64,000 bases of DNA from an uncultured Gemmatimonadales bacterium (GCA_963842945.1 CAWJIM010000002.1:128001-192000); one strand, 5' to 3'. Shown: positions 43,785-55,517, counted from the stretch's first letter. The notes: generated by a model from the letters alone, not told the origin. Numbers and translations: made by a program.

Positions 43785-45517
43785 GTACGGGGGACCGCTC
43801 CCTTGGCTTCGTCCAGCTTGCGACGAGCCTGAGGCAGCAGAGCGCTCTGGGGGTAAGTGAGAATCAGATGTTCCAGCAGGCCCACCGCCTCACCCGCTCT
43901 CCCGGTTCCGATCAGCAGCTCGGCCAGCGCCAGCTCGGCTGCCGGGGCAGTTCCCGGTGCCTCGGGCACGGCTGCGGCCCGGAACAGCCGCTCGGCGTCG
44001 GTGGAGCGGCCACTGGAGAGCAGCAGCCGCCCGGCCAGCAGATTCAGCTCAGCCCCGCCGTGCGGCGGCGGCAGAGCGGAGCTGAGCTGCTCTAACGCGC
44101 TGCTCGCCTTGGCGGTGTCACCCTGCTCCAGCAGCAGCAGTGCGTGACCCAATTTGGGATTGCTGTCGGTTTCGAAGGTCTGCAGCAAAGCCAGCAGCGT
44201 GGTTCGCCAGGTGGCCTCCGCACGATCGCTGCTGTAAGGGCCCGCGGCCCTGAACCGCTCGACCGCGCCCTTGATGTCGCCCTGATACAAACTGACCCGC
44301 CCGCTCACGGCCAAGCCTTCCACGCTGCTGTCGGCGGCGATGGTGGAGTCGGCTCGGGCCAGATCACCAGCCCTGATCCAGGCCGACGCGAGCCTGCGCC
44401 GAAGGCTATCGAACTCGTCGGAGCTGAGCCGGGGGCGGAGCTCATGCAGATGACGTTCAGCTTCGGCCAGCTTGCCTTCGCTGATGAGCACATCCACCAG
44501 GGTGGCTCCGGCGTCAGAGGCGATGGCTGATGGCACCGCACGATCGTCGGATAACCCGCCCAGCATCCGTCGGGCTGCGTTCCGGTCACCCGCGGCCGAG
44601 TAGGCCTGAGCGGCTTCCAGTCGAAACCGTGCGGCCTGGCTCGGCGGAGAGCGCTCCGCCAGCGCTTCGAGAATCCGCCCCTGCGTCTGCTTTCCCGCCG
44701 GCGTCTGGTCGGGCCGGAGCTGATCGAGTAATCCCCGCAAAGCCGCGATCGCTTGGATGCGGTCCTCCGGAAGGCCGCTCAGAATGACTCGGAGCGCGCC
44801 GGAAGGATCGCCCCACCGGGCGCGCAGCTCTGCCTCCAGTCGGTTAGCGGCGAAATCCGTTTGCGAGCCCAAAATGCCCAGCAGATCGGGACGCAGGCGC
44901 TCTGGCGCCTGACTCAGGCTCGACACCGCCGCACTGCGGTAGCCGGGGAACTTGCGTATTGCGAGCAGCCATTCGCGTAGCGCCGCTGGGTAATCGCCGT
45001 TTGCCAGTGCCACCTGCGCCAACTCCGCCGCCAGCGCGTCCGGCTGACCGAGTCGGGCCCGGCCTCGCAGGTACGCAGCTTGGGCCCCGGCCCGGTTCTG
45101 TCGCCCCAACTCCGCCGCACCCCACTCGCGGTAGGGAGACTCATCGCCGGGCACCAGTTGGGCCCACTGCTCGGCCGTATTGCGGACCGAGTCGGGCTGC
45201 CCGGCAGCGGCCCAGGCCCGAAGCGCAATGCCGTAGATCGCCGGATTCCGCGGAGCCGCTTTCAGGGCACTCCGGATGGAAGGGATGATTTCCCCGCTGC
45301 GGTTGAGCGGCAGCAGCGAGCGCTCCAACCCGAGCAAGGCGGATATCTCCGCCGGCGAGCCGCGCAGGACAGACCCATACGCCTGAGCCGCCGCGGCATA
45401 GTCCCCCCGCCGCTCGAGATCGAGCGCCCGGTTGAGTCCTGCCGGCTGTTGACCCGCTACCCGAGCGGGCGCAAAGACAGCGGCGGCGATGATGAGGATG
45501 AGCACCGGAGTACGCAT
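43781..45517 (-). CDS. Secreted tetratricopeptide-repeat protein
   Basis: Signal peptide, Ala/Leu helical repeats and C-terminal LEHLILTYPQS. Confidence 0.8.
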   Translation of the reverse strand: MRTPVLILIIAAAVFAPARVAGQQPAGLNRALDLERRGDYAAAAQAYGSVLRGSPAEISALLGLERSLLPLNRSGEIIPSIRSALKAAPRNPAIYGIALRAWAAAGQPDSVRNTAEQWAQLVPGDESPYREWGAAELGRQNRAGAQAAYLRGRARLGQPDALAAELAQVALANGDYPAALREWLLAIRKFPGYRSAAVSSLSQAPERLRPDLLGILGSQTDFAANRLEAELRARWGDPSGALRVILSGLPEDRIQAIAALRGLLDQLRPDQTPAGKQTQGRILEALAERSPPSQAARFRLEAAQAYSAAGDRNAARRMLGGLSDDRAVPSAIASDAGATLVDVLISEGKLAEAERHLHELRPRLSSDEFDSLRRRLASAWIRAGDLARADSTIAADSSVEGLAVSGRVSLYQGDIKGAVERFRAAGPYSSDRAEATWRTTLLALLQTFETDSNPKLGHALLLLEQGDTAKASSALEQLSSALPPPHGGAELNLLAGRLLLSSGRSTDAERLFRAAAVPEAPGTAPAAELALAELLIGTGRAGEAVGLLEHLILTYPQSALLPQARRKLDEAKGAVPRT

Positions 45518-45521
45518 CGAT

Positions 45522-45560
45522 TTACCTTGTCGGCGGCTGGGTCAGGCGGCGGAGGTAATC
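45522..45560 (-). pseudogene. Stranded original 3' end of the DUF4175 gene
   Basis: Translates DYLRRLTQPPTR*, matching the DYFRRL end of DUF4175; stop lies 4 nt before the TPR ATG. Confidence 0.7.
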
Positions 45561-48500
45561 TATTCCGAACCGGGTCAGCTTGGGCATAACTGGATACTAC
45601 TCCAGAGGCGACTCGAGAGGGAGTTCGGTTAGAACGAGTAGTCCACTGTAGTCCCGAGTAGTCAGCTGTTGTGGCCCAGTTCTGACACAGCGGCCAACAG
45701 AGAATATGATCGCGCTAAGATGTCGCTGAAAGAATCGGCTCGATGAGTGCCTTAGAAAACGCCGCTGGTCGCATGGCCCGGCAAGAAAATTTCGGATATA
45801 GCTTTCTAGCGTGGAATCGACGGCCCTGCGCACCCAGCTACAGACAGCCCTGGCCAAGTCCTACACCCTAGAGCGCGAGATTGGACGCGGGGGCATGGCG
45901 ACGGTCTATCTCGCCCATGACCTGCGGCACGACCGCCCGGTTGCGCTCAAGGTCCTCCACCCCGAGCTCAGCGCCGCGCTGGGTCCGGAGCGCTTCCTCC
46001 GGGAGATCCGGCTCTGCGCCCGCCTGCAGCATCCGCACATCGTCTCGGTTCACGACAGCGGCGAAGGCGGCGGCCTGCTGTGGTTCACCATGCCGTTCAT
46101 CGATGGCGAAACGCTGCGAGAGCGGCTCGCCCGGGAGAAGCAGCTGCCGGTGGAGGAGGCGCTGCGTCTCACCCGCGAGGTAGCCCTGGCCCTCGACTAC
46201 GCTCACCGGCATGGCGTGATCCACCGCGACATCAAGCCGGAGAACATCCTGCTCTGCGACAACCAGGCGCTGGTGGCGGACTTCGGCATTGGGCGGGCAC
46301 TCGGGTTGCCGGGGGCCGGCGAGCGACTGACCGAGACCGGATTCGTGGTCGGCACGCCGGCGTACATGAGCCCGGAGCAGGCTGCTGGTGAGCGAGACCT
46401 GGACGGCCGGTCCGATATCTACAGCCTGGGCGTGGTGCTGTACGAGATGTTGGCCGGTGAGCCGCCCTTCACCGGTGCAACTGCACAGGCGCTACTGGCA
46501 AAGCGCCTGACCGGCGACATCCCACCGATCAGCCGGGTTCGGCCGACCGTGCCCCAGGAGATAGAGCGGGTCGTAGGAAAGGCGCTCTCCTCCAACCCCG
46601 CCGATCGCTTCACCACGCCGGCCGCATTCGCTCAGGCCTTGTCACAGCCTGTACTCGAACGCACCGAGGCTCTGCATCCCTCTCCGAGAGCCCGGCGCCG
46701 AATCCGCCTGGCGCCGCTTCTTGTCGTTTTGGCCGTGGCCGCGACCTTGGTTGCCTTCCTCTTGCTTCGGCGGAATTCGGCGGCCGAGGGCGTACGCGCG
46801 GGCTCAACCCGTCTCGCGGTTCTTCCCTTCGACAACCTGGGCACGCCGGAGAATGACTATCTCGCCGACGGAATAACCGACGCGGTGCGCGGAAAACTGC
46901 ATCACCGTGCCGGGAATCCAGGTGATCGCCCGCAATAGCTCGAGTCAGTACAAGCAGACCGCCAAGACCCCACAGCAGATCGGGCGGGAGCTCGACGTGC
47001 GCTATCTCCTGACTGGAACGGTGCGCTGGGACGAGGCTCCAGGCGGGTCCCGGCGGGTGCAGGTGAGTCCGGAGTTGATCGACGTCGCCGATGCCACGGC
47101 AGAGTGGCAGCAGCCGTTTGACGCGCCGCTCACCGATGTGTTCCAGGTCCAGGCGGATATCGCCGGACGAGTGGCCGAGGCCCTGGGGGTGGCGCTGGGC
47201 ACGGGCGAGCGGCAGGTCCTGGCCGAGCGGCCCACGGCCAACCTGGCGGCCTACCATGCCTATCTCAAGGGCGAGGAGATTTCGGCTGGGCTGGCGACTG
47301 GCGGGACCGTCGCCCTAAGACGAGCGGCGACCTACTACGAGCAGGCGGTGGCCCTCGACTCCACCTTCGCTCTCGCCTGGGTCCAGCTCTCCCGAGCCAA
47401 CTCGCTGCTCTACTTTCGCGGGGCGACCGGCAGGACTACCGCAGAGCAGGCGCTGCGCGCGGCCCAGCGCGCGCTGGACTTGGCGCCTGAGCGTGCCGAG
47501 GCGCACCTCGCGATCGGCGATTATCACTCGAACGTGGTGGGCGACTACGCGGCCGCGCTGGACCAGTACGCCCAAGGCCGTCGCCTTACCCCGGCCAGCG
47601 CCGACCTGCTCACCGCCACCGCACTCGCCGAGCAGAGGCTGGGTCACTGGGACTTGGCGCTCAAACATCTGGACGAGGCGCGGCGAGTGGATCCCCGCTC
47701 CGCCTTCGCCGCCCGACGATACGCATTCGCCCTCCAGTGGCTGCGGCGATATGACGATTCGTTCGCCGCCTACAACACCACGCTGGCGTTGGATTCGCTC
47801 AATCTCGCCTCACTCGAGCAGAGAGCCATGGTCCGCCTGGCCCAGGGTGACCTGCCCGGGGCCCGCGCCGCGCTCCGTGCAGCCCCGCGAGAGGTGGAGC
47901 CGACGGCTCTGGTGGCCTATGTAGCTACCTACTGGGATCTGGTGTGGCTGCTCGACCAAGAGCACCTCGAGCTGCTCTTGAGACTGACCCCGGCGCCGTT
48001 TGGAGACGACCGGGGCGACTGGGGTCTGGCGCTGGCTCAGGGTCATGCCCTCCGGGGTGACTCGAGCCGAGCCCGGGCGTACGCCGACTCCGCAAATGTG
48101 TTTTTCGAGGAGGAGATTCGAGCTACCCCCGATGATTACCAGACCCGTATGGCCCGGGCGCTCGACCTGGCCTATCTGGATCGGAAGGCAGACGCGGTGC
48201 GGGAGGGTGAGCGGGTGGTGGCGGCGCGTCCGGTTTCCAAGGATGCGTACACCGGCGCCTACTTCCAGCACCAGCTGGCCCGGATCTATCTCCTCGCGGG
48301 TAAGCCCGACCAGGCGATCAATGTGCTCGAGCGGCTGCTGAAGATCCCCTATTTCCTGTCGCCTGAATGGCTCCGGATCGACCCGACGTTCGAGCCGCTC
48401 CAGAGTTATCCTCGATTTCAGAAGCTGATTGAAAGATCTCGGCGTCCGGGTCAGGCGCGCGGGTAGTGGTTTTGAGGCCTCTGAAGCTGCCGGGTTGGGA

Positions 48501-48591
48501 CATTGCCGACCCTGTGCCAGGAGCGGTTGTGTATGTGGTGAAATTAGCGGGGGTTGCTCGGCCGGGGTTCGGAGAGGCGGCGGAAGTAATC
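45544..48591. mobile_element. Inserted kinase cassette bounded by 17-bp direct repeats (no integrase present)
   Basis: AGGCGGCGGAGGTAATC (45544-45560) vs AGGCGGCGGAAGTAATC (48575-48591), 16/17 identical; cargo is on the opposite strand to the host operon. Confidence 0.65.
45811..48466 (+). CDS. Ser/Thr protein kinase with TM, TolB-like and TPR domains (indel near 46905)
   Basis: GRGGMATVY, VALK, HRDIKPEN, DFG and GTPAYMSPEQ; LAVLPFDNLG; TPR tail ending LRIDPTFEPL. Confidence 0.93.
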
Positions 48592-51500
48592 CACCACCAG
48601 TCGCCGCTCCTCCGGCGACAGCTCCTGCAGCTCTTCCCATGAGGGAACCCGGAGCCGCTGATCGTCGCCCATCAGCCGGGCCTGCAAGGCGGCCGGCAAG
48701 TGGACGCTGTCGTCCGTTGCCGTGGTGCTCTGCCGCTCCTTCCGTTGATCTTCTTCCCGGCCCTGCAGCGTGCGACCGGCATCCAGCATGCGGCGGAACA
48801 GTCTCTCCTGGCGCTCGACCACCTGACGGTCGAGCCGGCCCGCCTCCAAACGCCGGGACAGGTCCTTGGCCTCGTCCGCCATCTGCCCCGCTCCCGAGAT
48901 GTCGCCCTCCCCCCGAAGCCTCTCCAGCTCCTGAGCCAAAGCCCGCTGCCTGGCGGCCAGCCGCTGGAGCTGCTCTTGCATCCCACCGCGACCGATCATC
49001 GGCAGTAATCCGGCGCCCTCCTTGCCCAGGCCACCCTGCTGCTGCGCTAATTGAGCCATGCGCTCGAGAGCTTCGGCCAGGCCCGAGCCCGACTGCGCGC
49101 CCGAGACATCGTCGCGAGCCCGAAGCAGCTGATGGGCAGCGGCATTCAGATCATCCACTGCGTTGCCGGCCTGCTCCGATGCTTCCCGCGTGTTCGGGGC
49201 CGCCGAGGAGATGGCTTCACGGGCGCCCTTCATCTCCACTTGCGCGGCGCCCAGCGCGGCGGCGATTTGGGGCGAGACCAGCGCGTTCTTGCCGCCAGCC
49301 TGCTTCATCTGCTCGAGAATCTTTTTCACTCCTTCTTCTATCGCAGCTTGTTCGGCGCGAGTGGCCGCATCCGGCCCGCCCCGCTGAAGGTCCTCCTGAA
49401 CCTTCAGCTGGCGCTCGGCCAAGCGACTGGTTTCGGTCAGGGCCTGGTCCATGGTCTGGGCCACTTCCTTCCTCCACTGTTGCTGTAGCTGCTGCCGTTG
49501 CCGCTGGATCTCGTCGCCCAGAGGATCGAGCGAGCGCGATGCCGCTTCACCCCGATCTCGTGCGTCCCGGCGCTGGCCCTGGCGCATGGCCCCGGCGGCG
49601 CGGCGCATCTGCTCCGCTGCCATTCGGGCCCGGCCAGCCGAGGCATGCAGGCTGTCTGGACGGTCTGCTTCCGCCGTCTGCCCTGCTGCCCGCTTGAGCG
49701 CGGCGGTGAGCGAGTCGGTGCGCCGGGCCAGCTGCTGCTCGGATTGAGCCGACCGGGTACTGTCGCCGGAGCCGGTTTGCTGGTTCCACTGGCGCTGCTC
49801 CTGAGCCAGCTCCTTGGATTCCTGCGCCAGGTTTGCCAGGTCTCCTTCCAGCGCTGCTCGGCGGAACAGCTCCCGGCTTCGCTCCAGCGCCTCACGCAGC
49901 TGCCGCTGCACATCGCTCAACTGCTCCAGCGCATCTTTCGTGCGCTCCGCGTCCAGATCCTTCAGGGCCTGCTGTAGCGCCGCGAGCCTTTCCCGCAACT
50001 CTGGAGACACCGCCCGATCCAGCTGATCCCTTATCTCGGCGAGCTGGCGTTGCCAGCTCGAGTCGTTCAGGCCGGCCGCCTCGGCGCTCCGCTGCAACGC
50101 CTCGAGCGACTGCTTGAGGCTCTCCGCGCTCCGAACCAGGTCTTCCTGCGATCGGGCGACCGCCTGCGCTCGCTGGGACTCCTCGTACGTCAGCGATTCC
50201 CGGTTCCTCTCTCCCTGGCCGGTGGGCCGGAGCCGCTCCTGCGCCAGATCGTCGGTCTGCCGTTCAACCCGACGGCTCGCTTCGAGCACCGAATCCAGCT
50301 GGCCGGTGACGGACTGGCTGGCCTGCCGCTCCGCCGCCCTCACCTCACTCATGGTGGGCAGCCGGAGCACGAATTCACGTGACCGCCCAACGTGAGCCCG
50401 CGGTGCATTGTCCATTGCACTGGCCCGGTACCGCACGGTATCCCCGGGGAGAAGTCCTCGCCGATTGAGATCGAGGGTATAGCTGAGAATGGCCCGGTCG
50501 GTGCTCTCGTTCGGAAGAGGGACCCTCTCCCGCCGAGTGGAGTCTGCTACGCCAAATCGGCTGATCCGGCGACTCTCCACCGTCACCGCGGAAACCCGAT
50601 GATCGTCACGCACATCGAGCACCAGGGGAAGCTTGAGACTCAGCGGCGCGAGCGTGTCCGTTCCCGGCACCGGTATGGCTACTGCGGGGCGCTATCCAAC
50701 ACCAGGCGAATGGGCAGCCACACCGAGTCGCCCGCGATCGCCGCGCCGGTTCGGGTGACCAATCCCAGTTGATACGCACCCGAACGAACCGGTGTGAAGC
50801 TCCCGAAAAAGCGATTCCCGTTCACCTGCAACGACTCTGCAGCGGCGCCATTTCTCCAGCTTGCGCCGGCCAGAGGCGCCGTGACCTCTCCCCTCGTTTC
50901 CAGCCTGGTGCCCGCCGGCAGGATCAGCGTGTCTCCGCCGGTTGGTACCGGCTCGTTTTCGAGTCCCAAATAGCCGGGGTACTTCGCGGTCACCTCAATG
51001 GATCCGAGAAACACCGGGAGCCGAACCCGTACGGCTATGGTGTCAGAGGCGCGACTTCCGCTGGTCAACCGGGCGAACAGATCACTGGTGAGTGGAGGGG
51101 TAGAGACCGTTGCCCGGCCGAGCGAATCCAGCCGAACACCGAGAGGCTTCCAGCTTTCTCCGGGCGAGCGGAGCCAGAGTGTAGCGGCCTTACGGCCCAT
51201 GGCTTCCAGGTGAAGCTGCACCGGCTCACCGCGGTCAACTGTGGATCGCTCGGCCCGCAGCCGGACAGGAGCAACGGTGGCTTCCCACGACCTGCCGGGG
51301 TACCAAAGCGCAGCAGCCACGCCTTTGACCGGCCCCGCCGTGGTAAAGGCCAGGATTCCAATCAGTAGAAAAACGGCGCTTCCCAGGAGCAGCGCTCGAA
51401 CCGGACGAGCGATTGGCTCCAGTGCCGAGTGACCGCGCGCGCGGATTTCGTCGGCCTGGGTGCGATCGGCCAGCTGGAACAGCGCGTGACTGGTGCCGGA

Positions 51501-51824
51501 CGCCGAGCGGTCCAGCAGTGCCGTCAAGCTTCCCCGCCGCCAGGCACCGAGATCCTCCAGACTGCGGGCCAGAGACGGCGGAGTCAGCTGGCGTTGGTTG
51601 CGCCAGGCCAGATAGGCGATGCCGCCAAGTCCCACGAGGGCAAGCCCCCAGGCGGCCAGCACCCAGTACGGGGCCGTGAGCCAGCCGAGCCGAACCAGCC
51701 AGGCCGAGCCGCCCAGCAGAAGGGCGGCGGTGCCCAGCGCCAAGGCGATCCAGGCCAGCCAACTCCGGCTCCTGAGTGGCTGGACCAGATGGTGAAGCTC
51801 CTGCTGCGTCGCAAGCGCCGTCAC
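48544..51824 (-). CDS. DUF4175-like membrane-anchored coiled-coil protein (indel near 50680)
   Basis: N-terminal TMs, Ig-like middle, long Gln/Glu/Arg coiled coil and VVDYFRRL end; restoring one G joins the two ORFs. Confidence 0.8.
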
Positions 51825-52483
51825 CCGCCGTACCCCACGGCGTAGGCGAACAGGTTTACACCCATCCGAAGCGCCGACTCTCTCTTCTCTGGAGGATCGT
51901 GGTGCACCTCGGGATCCTCCCAGCCGTCACCCAGATCCGATTGATAGGAGTAGTACACGACCAACCGGCCGTCGAGGAAAATTCCGAAGCCCTGCGCCGG
52001 CTTGCCGTCGTGGACGTGAATCTTGGGAATGCCCTTGGGAAAGTCGTAGACCAGATGATAGATCGGATGATCGAGCGGAACTTCGACCAGCGGGTGATCG
52101 GGAAAAAGCCGGCCCAGCTCGCGCCGCATCGAGGCGTCCATTCCGTAGTTATCGTCGGCGTGAAGAAATCCCCCTTGCTCCAGATAACGACGCAGCGTGC
52201 GAAGGTCCTCGTCGCTCCAGTGCACATTGCCGTGACCGGTCATGTAAATGTACGGCACGTTCCACAGGTCGTCGTCCCGCAGGGTGACGACCTTTTCCTC
52301 GGGGGCCACGCGAAGGACAGTACGGGTTCTGAGCGCGGTGAGCAGGTTGGGAAGACTGGAGGGGTTCGCGTACCAGTCGCCTCCCCCGTCATAGTGCAGG
52401 CGGCCGATGGTCATCACCGGCGGCGCCGGCGGGAGCGGCGCCAGGCCAGCGGTAACAAGCAGTGGAAGGAGCGATCGAATCAC
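51821..52483 (-). CDS. DUF4159 domain-containing protein
   Basis: YDGGGDWY, YMTGHG, GGFLHADDNYG, DLGDGWED and MGVN. Confidence 0.9.
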   Translation of the reverse strand: MIRSLLPLLVTAGLAPLPPAPPVMTIGRLHYDGGGDWYANPSSLPNLLTALRTRTVLRVAPEEKVVTLRDDDLWNVPYIYMTGHGNVHWSDEDLRTLRRYLEQGGFLHADDNYGMDASMRRELGRLFPDHPLVEVPLDHPIYHLVYDFPKGIPKIHVHDGKPAQGFGIFLDGRLVVYYSYQSDLGDGWEDPEVHHDPPEKRESALRMGVNLFAYAVGYGG

Positions 52484-53317
52484 GGGAGCTCCATGACCAG
52501 CTTGTAAGCCTCGTTGCGGGGAATCCCCATGGACTCGGTGAGCCTCCGGACCACTTCACGGCGAGTCAGGCCCTCAGCGAGCAGCGTGGTGGCCTGTTCG
52601 GTAGCGTCCTCGGTGCGATCGGGCTCGGCCGGCGGAACCCCGGTGCCTTCGAGAACCACAGTAATTTCACCCCGCACGAGGCGTCTCCGAGTAGTAATCG
52701 GCGAGCTCGGCCACCGTTCCAGCCCGAATCTCTTCATGGAGCTTGGTGAGCTCGCGCGCCACCACAACCCGTCGACTACCACCCGTGAGCGGCATCAAAT
52801 CCGCCAGCAACCTGGCCAATCGGGGCGGGGCCTCATAGAACACGACGCTCCACTCCTCGGTGGCGGCACGCGTCAGCAGCCGGGCCCGGTCGCGGCCCTT
52901 TCGAGGTATGAAGCCGAGGAACAAATACCGGTCTCCGGTAAAGCCCGATGCCGAGAGCGCCGTGGAGACGGCCGAGGGCCCTGGAATGGGTACAATCGCA
53001 ATGCCGGCCGCCCGGACCAGGGAGATCAGATCGGCGCCCGGATCGCTTACCGTGGGCGTCCCGGCGTCGGAGACGAGGGCTACGTCTCGACCCGAGCGCA
53101 GAGTCTCGAGCAGGGTCTCCGAGCGATGATCGCCGGAGTGGGCATGGAAGCTCAGCAGTGTCGGCGCAACACCCAGGTGCGTCAGCAGCCCCCGGGTTCT
53201 GCGAGTGTCCTCCGCGGCCACAACGGGAACGGCGCGGAGTATTTCAATGGCTCGACTGGACAAATCACCCAGGTTGCCCAGCGGAGTGGCGACGACGTAG
53301 AGGGTACCAGGGTTCAT
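52480..53317 (-). CDS. rsmI: 16S rRNA (cytidine1402-2'-O)-methyltransferase (indel near 52672)
   Basis: LYVVATPLGNLGD, AEDTR, SDAGTP..SDPG and ARELTKLHEE. Confidence 0.95.
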
Positions 53318-53325
53318 TGGAAGTG

Positions 53326-53455
53326 GGGAAGGACGGGAAAGAGCGGGAAGGCATGCATGAAGGAGGGAAGGCAGTTCGGCCTATTGCCTAACAGCATTCC
53401 CCCCCGTGCCTCTCACCATCCCGTCTTTCCCGACCTTCCCGTCTTTCCCGTCCTT
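53326..53455. repeat. Nonamer tandem inverted repeat (GACGGGAAR / YTTCCCGWC)
   Basis: ggggaaggacgggaaagagcgggaagg ... cccgtctttcccgaccttccccgtctttcccgtcctt. Confidence 0.75.
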
Positions 53456-53792
53456 AGGACAGATGCTGCTTGATCTTGCCTTCCAGCGTCGCCTTGGGCA
53501 CCGCACCGATCACCGTGTCCACGTGCTGGCCGTTCTTAAAGAAGAGGATGCTCGGAATGGATCGAACGTTGAAGCGCATGGCGGTGCGCTGGTTGGCATC
53601 CACATCCACCTTTGCGACTTTGGCCTTTCCGGCGTACTCGCCGGCCAGCTGCTCCAGGATAGGCGCCACGATCTGACAGGGACCACACCAGGTTGCCCAA
53701 AAGTCAACCAGCACGAGCCCATCCGCCTGCTCGATTTCCGTGGCGAAAGAGGCATCGCTTACTTGTACGGCAGAGGTATTCGTTGCGCCCAT
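53454..53792 (-). CDS. trxA: Thioredoxin
   Basis: DFWATWCGPC and VRSIP. Confidence 0.96.
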   Translation of the reverse strand: MGATNTSAVQVSDASFATEIEQADGLVLVDFWATWCGPCQIVAPILEQLAGEYAGKAKVAKVDVDANQRTAMRFNVRSIPSILFFKNGQHVDTVIGAVPKATLEGKIKQHLS

Positions 53793-53842
53793 CTAATTAT
53801 TCTCCTGTGATGTTGTAGGCCCCGCAAGACCTGGAGGAATCG

Positions 53843-54238
53843 GTGCTCAATCACGCACGCATTGCTCACGTCGGTATAGCCGTCAGTGATCTCGAGGCGG
53901 CAGTCGCGTTCTACCGGGACGTGCTCGGGATCGAGCCGCACCCGCCGGAAGAGGCCGACGGAGCAACCATCCTCTCACTTCAATTTGGCGAGTCAGACAT
54001 CGAGCTGATGTCATCCAGCTCACCGGATACCCCGGTAGGCCGATTTCTGGCAAAGCGAGGGCCGGGCATCCACCATATCTGCTACCGGGTTCCCGATCTG
54101 GATGCCGCCCTCGAGGCCTGCCGCGCGGCAGGCTACCGTCTGATCGACGAGAGTCCCCGCACTGGAGCGGGTGGGCGCCGGATAGCCTTTATCCACCCGA
54201 AGGCAACCTCCGGCATCCTGCTCGAACTGACTGACTAG
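53843..54238 (+). CDS. mce: Methylmalonyl-CoA epimerase
   Basis: HVGIAV, KRGPGIHHIC and FIHPKATSGILLEL. Confidence 0.9.
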   Translation: MLNHARIAHVGIAVSDLEAAVAFYRDVLGIEPHPPEEADGATILSLQFGESDIELMSSSSPDTPVGRFLAKRGPGIHHICYRVPDLDAALEACRAAGYRLIDESPRTGAGGRRIAFIHPKATSGILLELTD

Positions 54239-54273
54239 AAGATAACAGCGGAGAGGCGACCGGAGGTTCCCCG

Positions 54274-54738
54274 TTACTGCTTGGGCAGGCTGTCTCCGGT
54301 GGCGCCTTCGACGCAGGGACGGGCGGGGTTCCCGGCAGCAGCGATATCGACCGACGTGACCAGCCAGGAGCCATCGGCGGTGCTCACGGCCACAAAGGGC
54401 ACGGTCCAGGTGCAAGTCTCCCGCCGGATCTGGACTTGCAGCGCGCGACGCTTTTCCGTTTCAGCGACATCGGACATGATGCGGAAACCATCATTTCGGA
54501 GGTATGCCTGCATGATCGCGATGCGCTTCTCGTAATCGGGGGGTTGTCGCGTCTTGGAGGCCGGACCATTGGGAGTACCCCAGAGGCTCGCCATCTTATT
54601 CAGGTTACTGTCGGCCACGGCCTGCATGAATCCTTGAACCGAGGCGGAGGCCGAGCGAGCGGGCTGGACCGGCGCCGAGCTACCACCGCACGCGGACAGC
54701 AGCAGGATCGCGGTCCAGCAGCATCGGTGTATGGTCAC
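54274..54738 (-). CDS. Hypothetical lipoprotein (NTF2-like fold possible)
   Basis: LSAC lipobox; FMQAVADSNLNKMASLWG. Confidence 0.7.
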   Translation of the reverse strand: MTIHRCCWTAILLLSACGGSSAPVQPARSASASVQGFMQAVADSNLNKMASLWGTPNGPASKTRQPPDYEKRIAIMQAYLRNDGFRIMSDVAETEKRRALQVQIRRETCTWTVPFVAVSTADGSWLVTSVDIAAAGNPARPCVEGATGDSLPKQ

Positions 54739-54797
54739 AAGGGTCTCACGGGTCAGAGGTTGGGCAGCGAACATAACCGGCTCCGGAGCGGCGAGCA

Positions 54798-55517
54798 ATG
54801 AGGCCTACGCGGCTCTACATCAATATTGATCACGTCGCTACCGTGCGAGAAGCACGGAAAACAGATGAGCCTGATCCAGTGGCCGCAGCCCTGCTGTGCC
54901 AGGAGGCCGGGGCCGACGGCATCACCGCTCACCTCCGGGAGGACCGGCGGCACATTCAGGATCACGACGTGGAGCGGCTCAGCGCCGCCAGCAAGGTGTT
55001 CAACCTGGAGCTGGCGACCAGTCCCGACGTGGTAGATCTCGCCTGCCGGCTACGCCCCTATCAGGCCACCCTGGTGCCGGAGCGGCGGGAAGAGATCACG
55101 ACCGAGGGAGGTCTCGATCTCAGCCACCCTGCCCCACGTCTTCGAGACACCATCCGGCGGCTGGAACAGGCCGGCGTCAGGGTGAGCCTCTTCATCGATC
55201 CCGATCACCGTACGCTAGAAGCCGCCAAGGATCTGGGTGTTCCCGCCATCGAGCTGCACACCGGCCGCTACGCCCATTCCTGGCGCAGTAGCGATGCGGC
55301 GTTGAAGCAACTGTGGGAAGCGGCCCGCTACGCCTCTGACATGGGGCTGGCGGTGCATGCGGGGCATGGACTCACCTATCTGAATGTGGCACCGGTGGCG
55401 GGCATCGGTGAAATTGAGGAGCTGAACATCGGTCACAGCGTGGTGAGCCGAGCCATCATGGTCGGAATGAAGAGCGCCGTCGAGGAAATGCGCCGAGCCA
55501 TGGGCCTGCGGCCCTGA
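54798..55517 (+). CDS. pdxJ: Pyridoxine 5'-phosphate synthase
   Basis: NIDHVATVR, HLREDRRHI, TTEGG, AGHGL and ELNIGH. Confidence 0.97.
   Translation: MRPTRLYINIDHVATVREARKTDEPDPVAAALLCQEAGADGITAHLREDRRHIQDHDVERLSAASKVFNLELATSPDVVDLACRLRPYQATLVPERREEITTEGGLDLSHPAPRLRDTIRRLEQAGVRVSLFIDPDHRTLEAAKDLGVPAIELHTGRYAHSWRSSDAALKQLWEAARYASDMGLAVHAGHGLTYLNVAPVAGIGEIEELNIGHSVVSRAIMVGMKSAVEEMRRAMGLRP

Noticed and set aside
50670..50690. In-frame TAG readthrough (pyrrolysine or recoding) in DUF4175
   Set aside because: The downstream ORF is in a different frame, and a single missing G (CAG GTA GCC) restores continuity.
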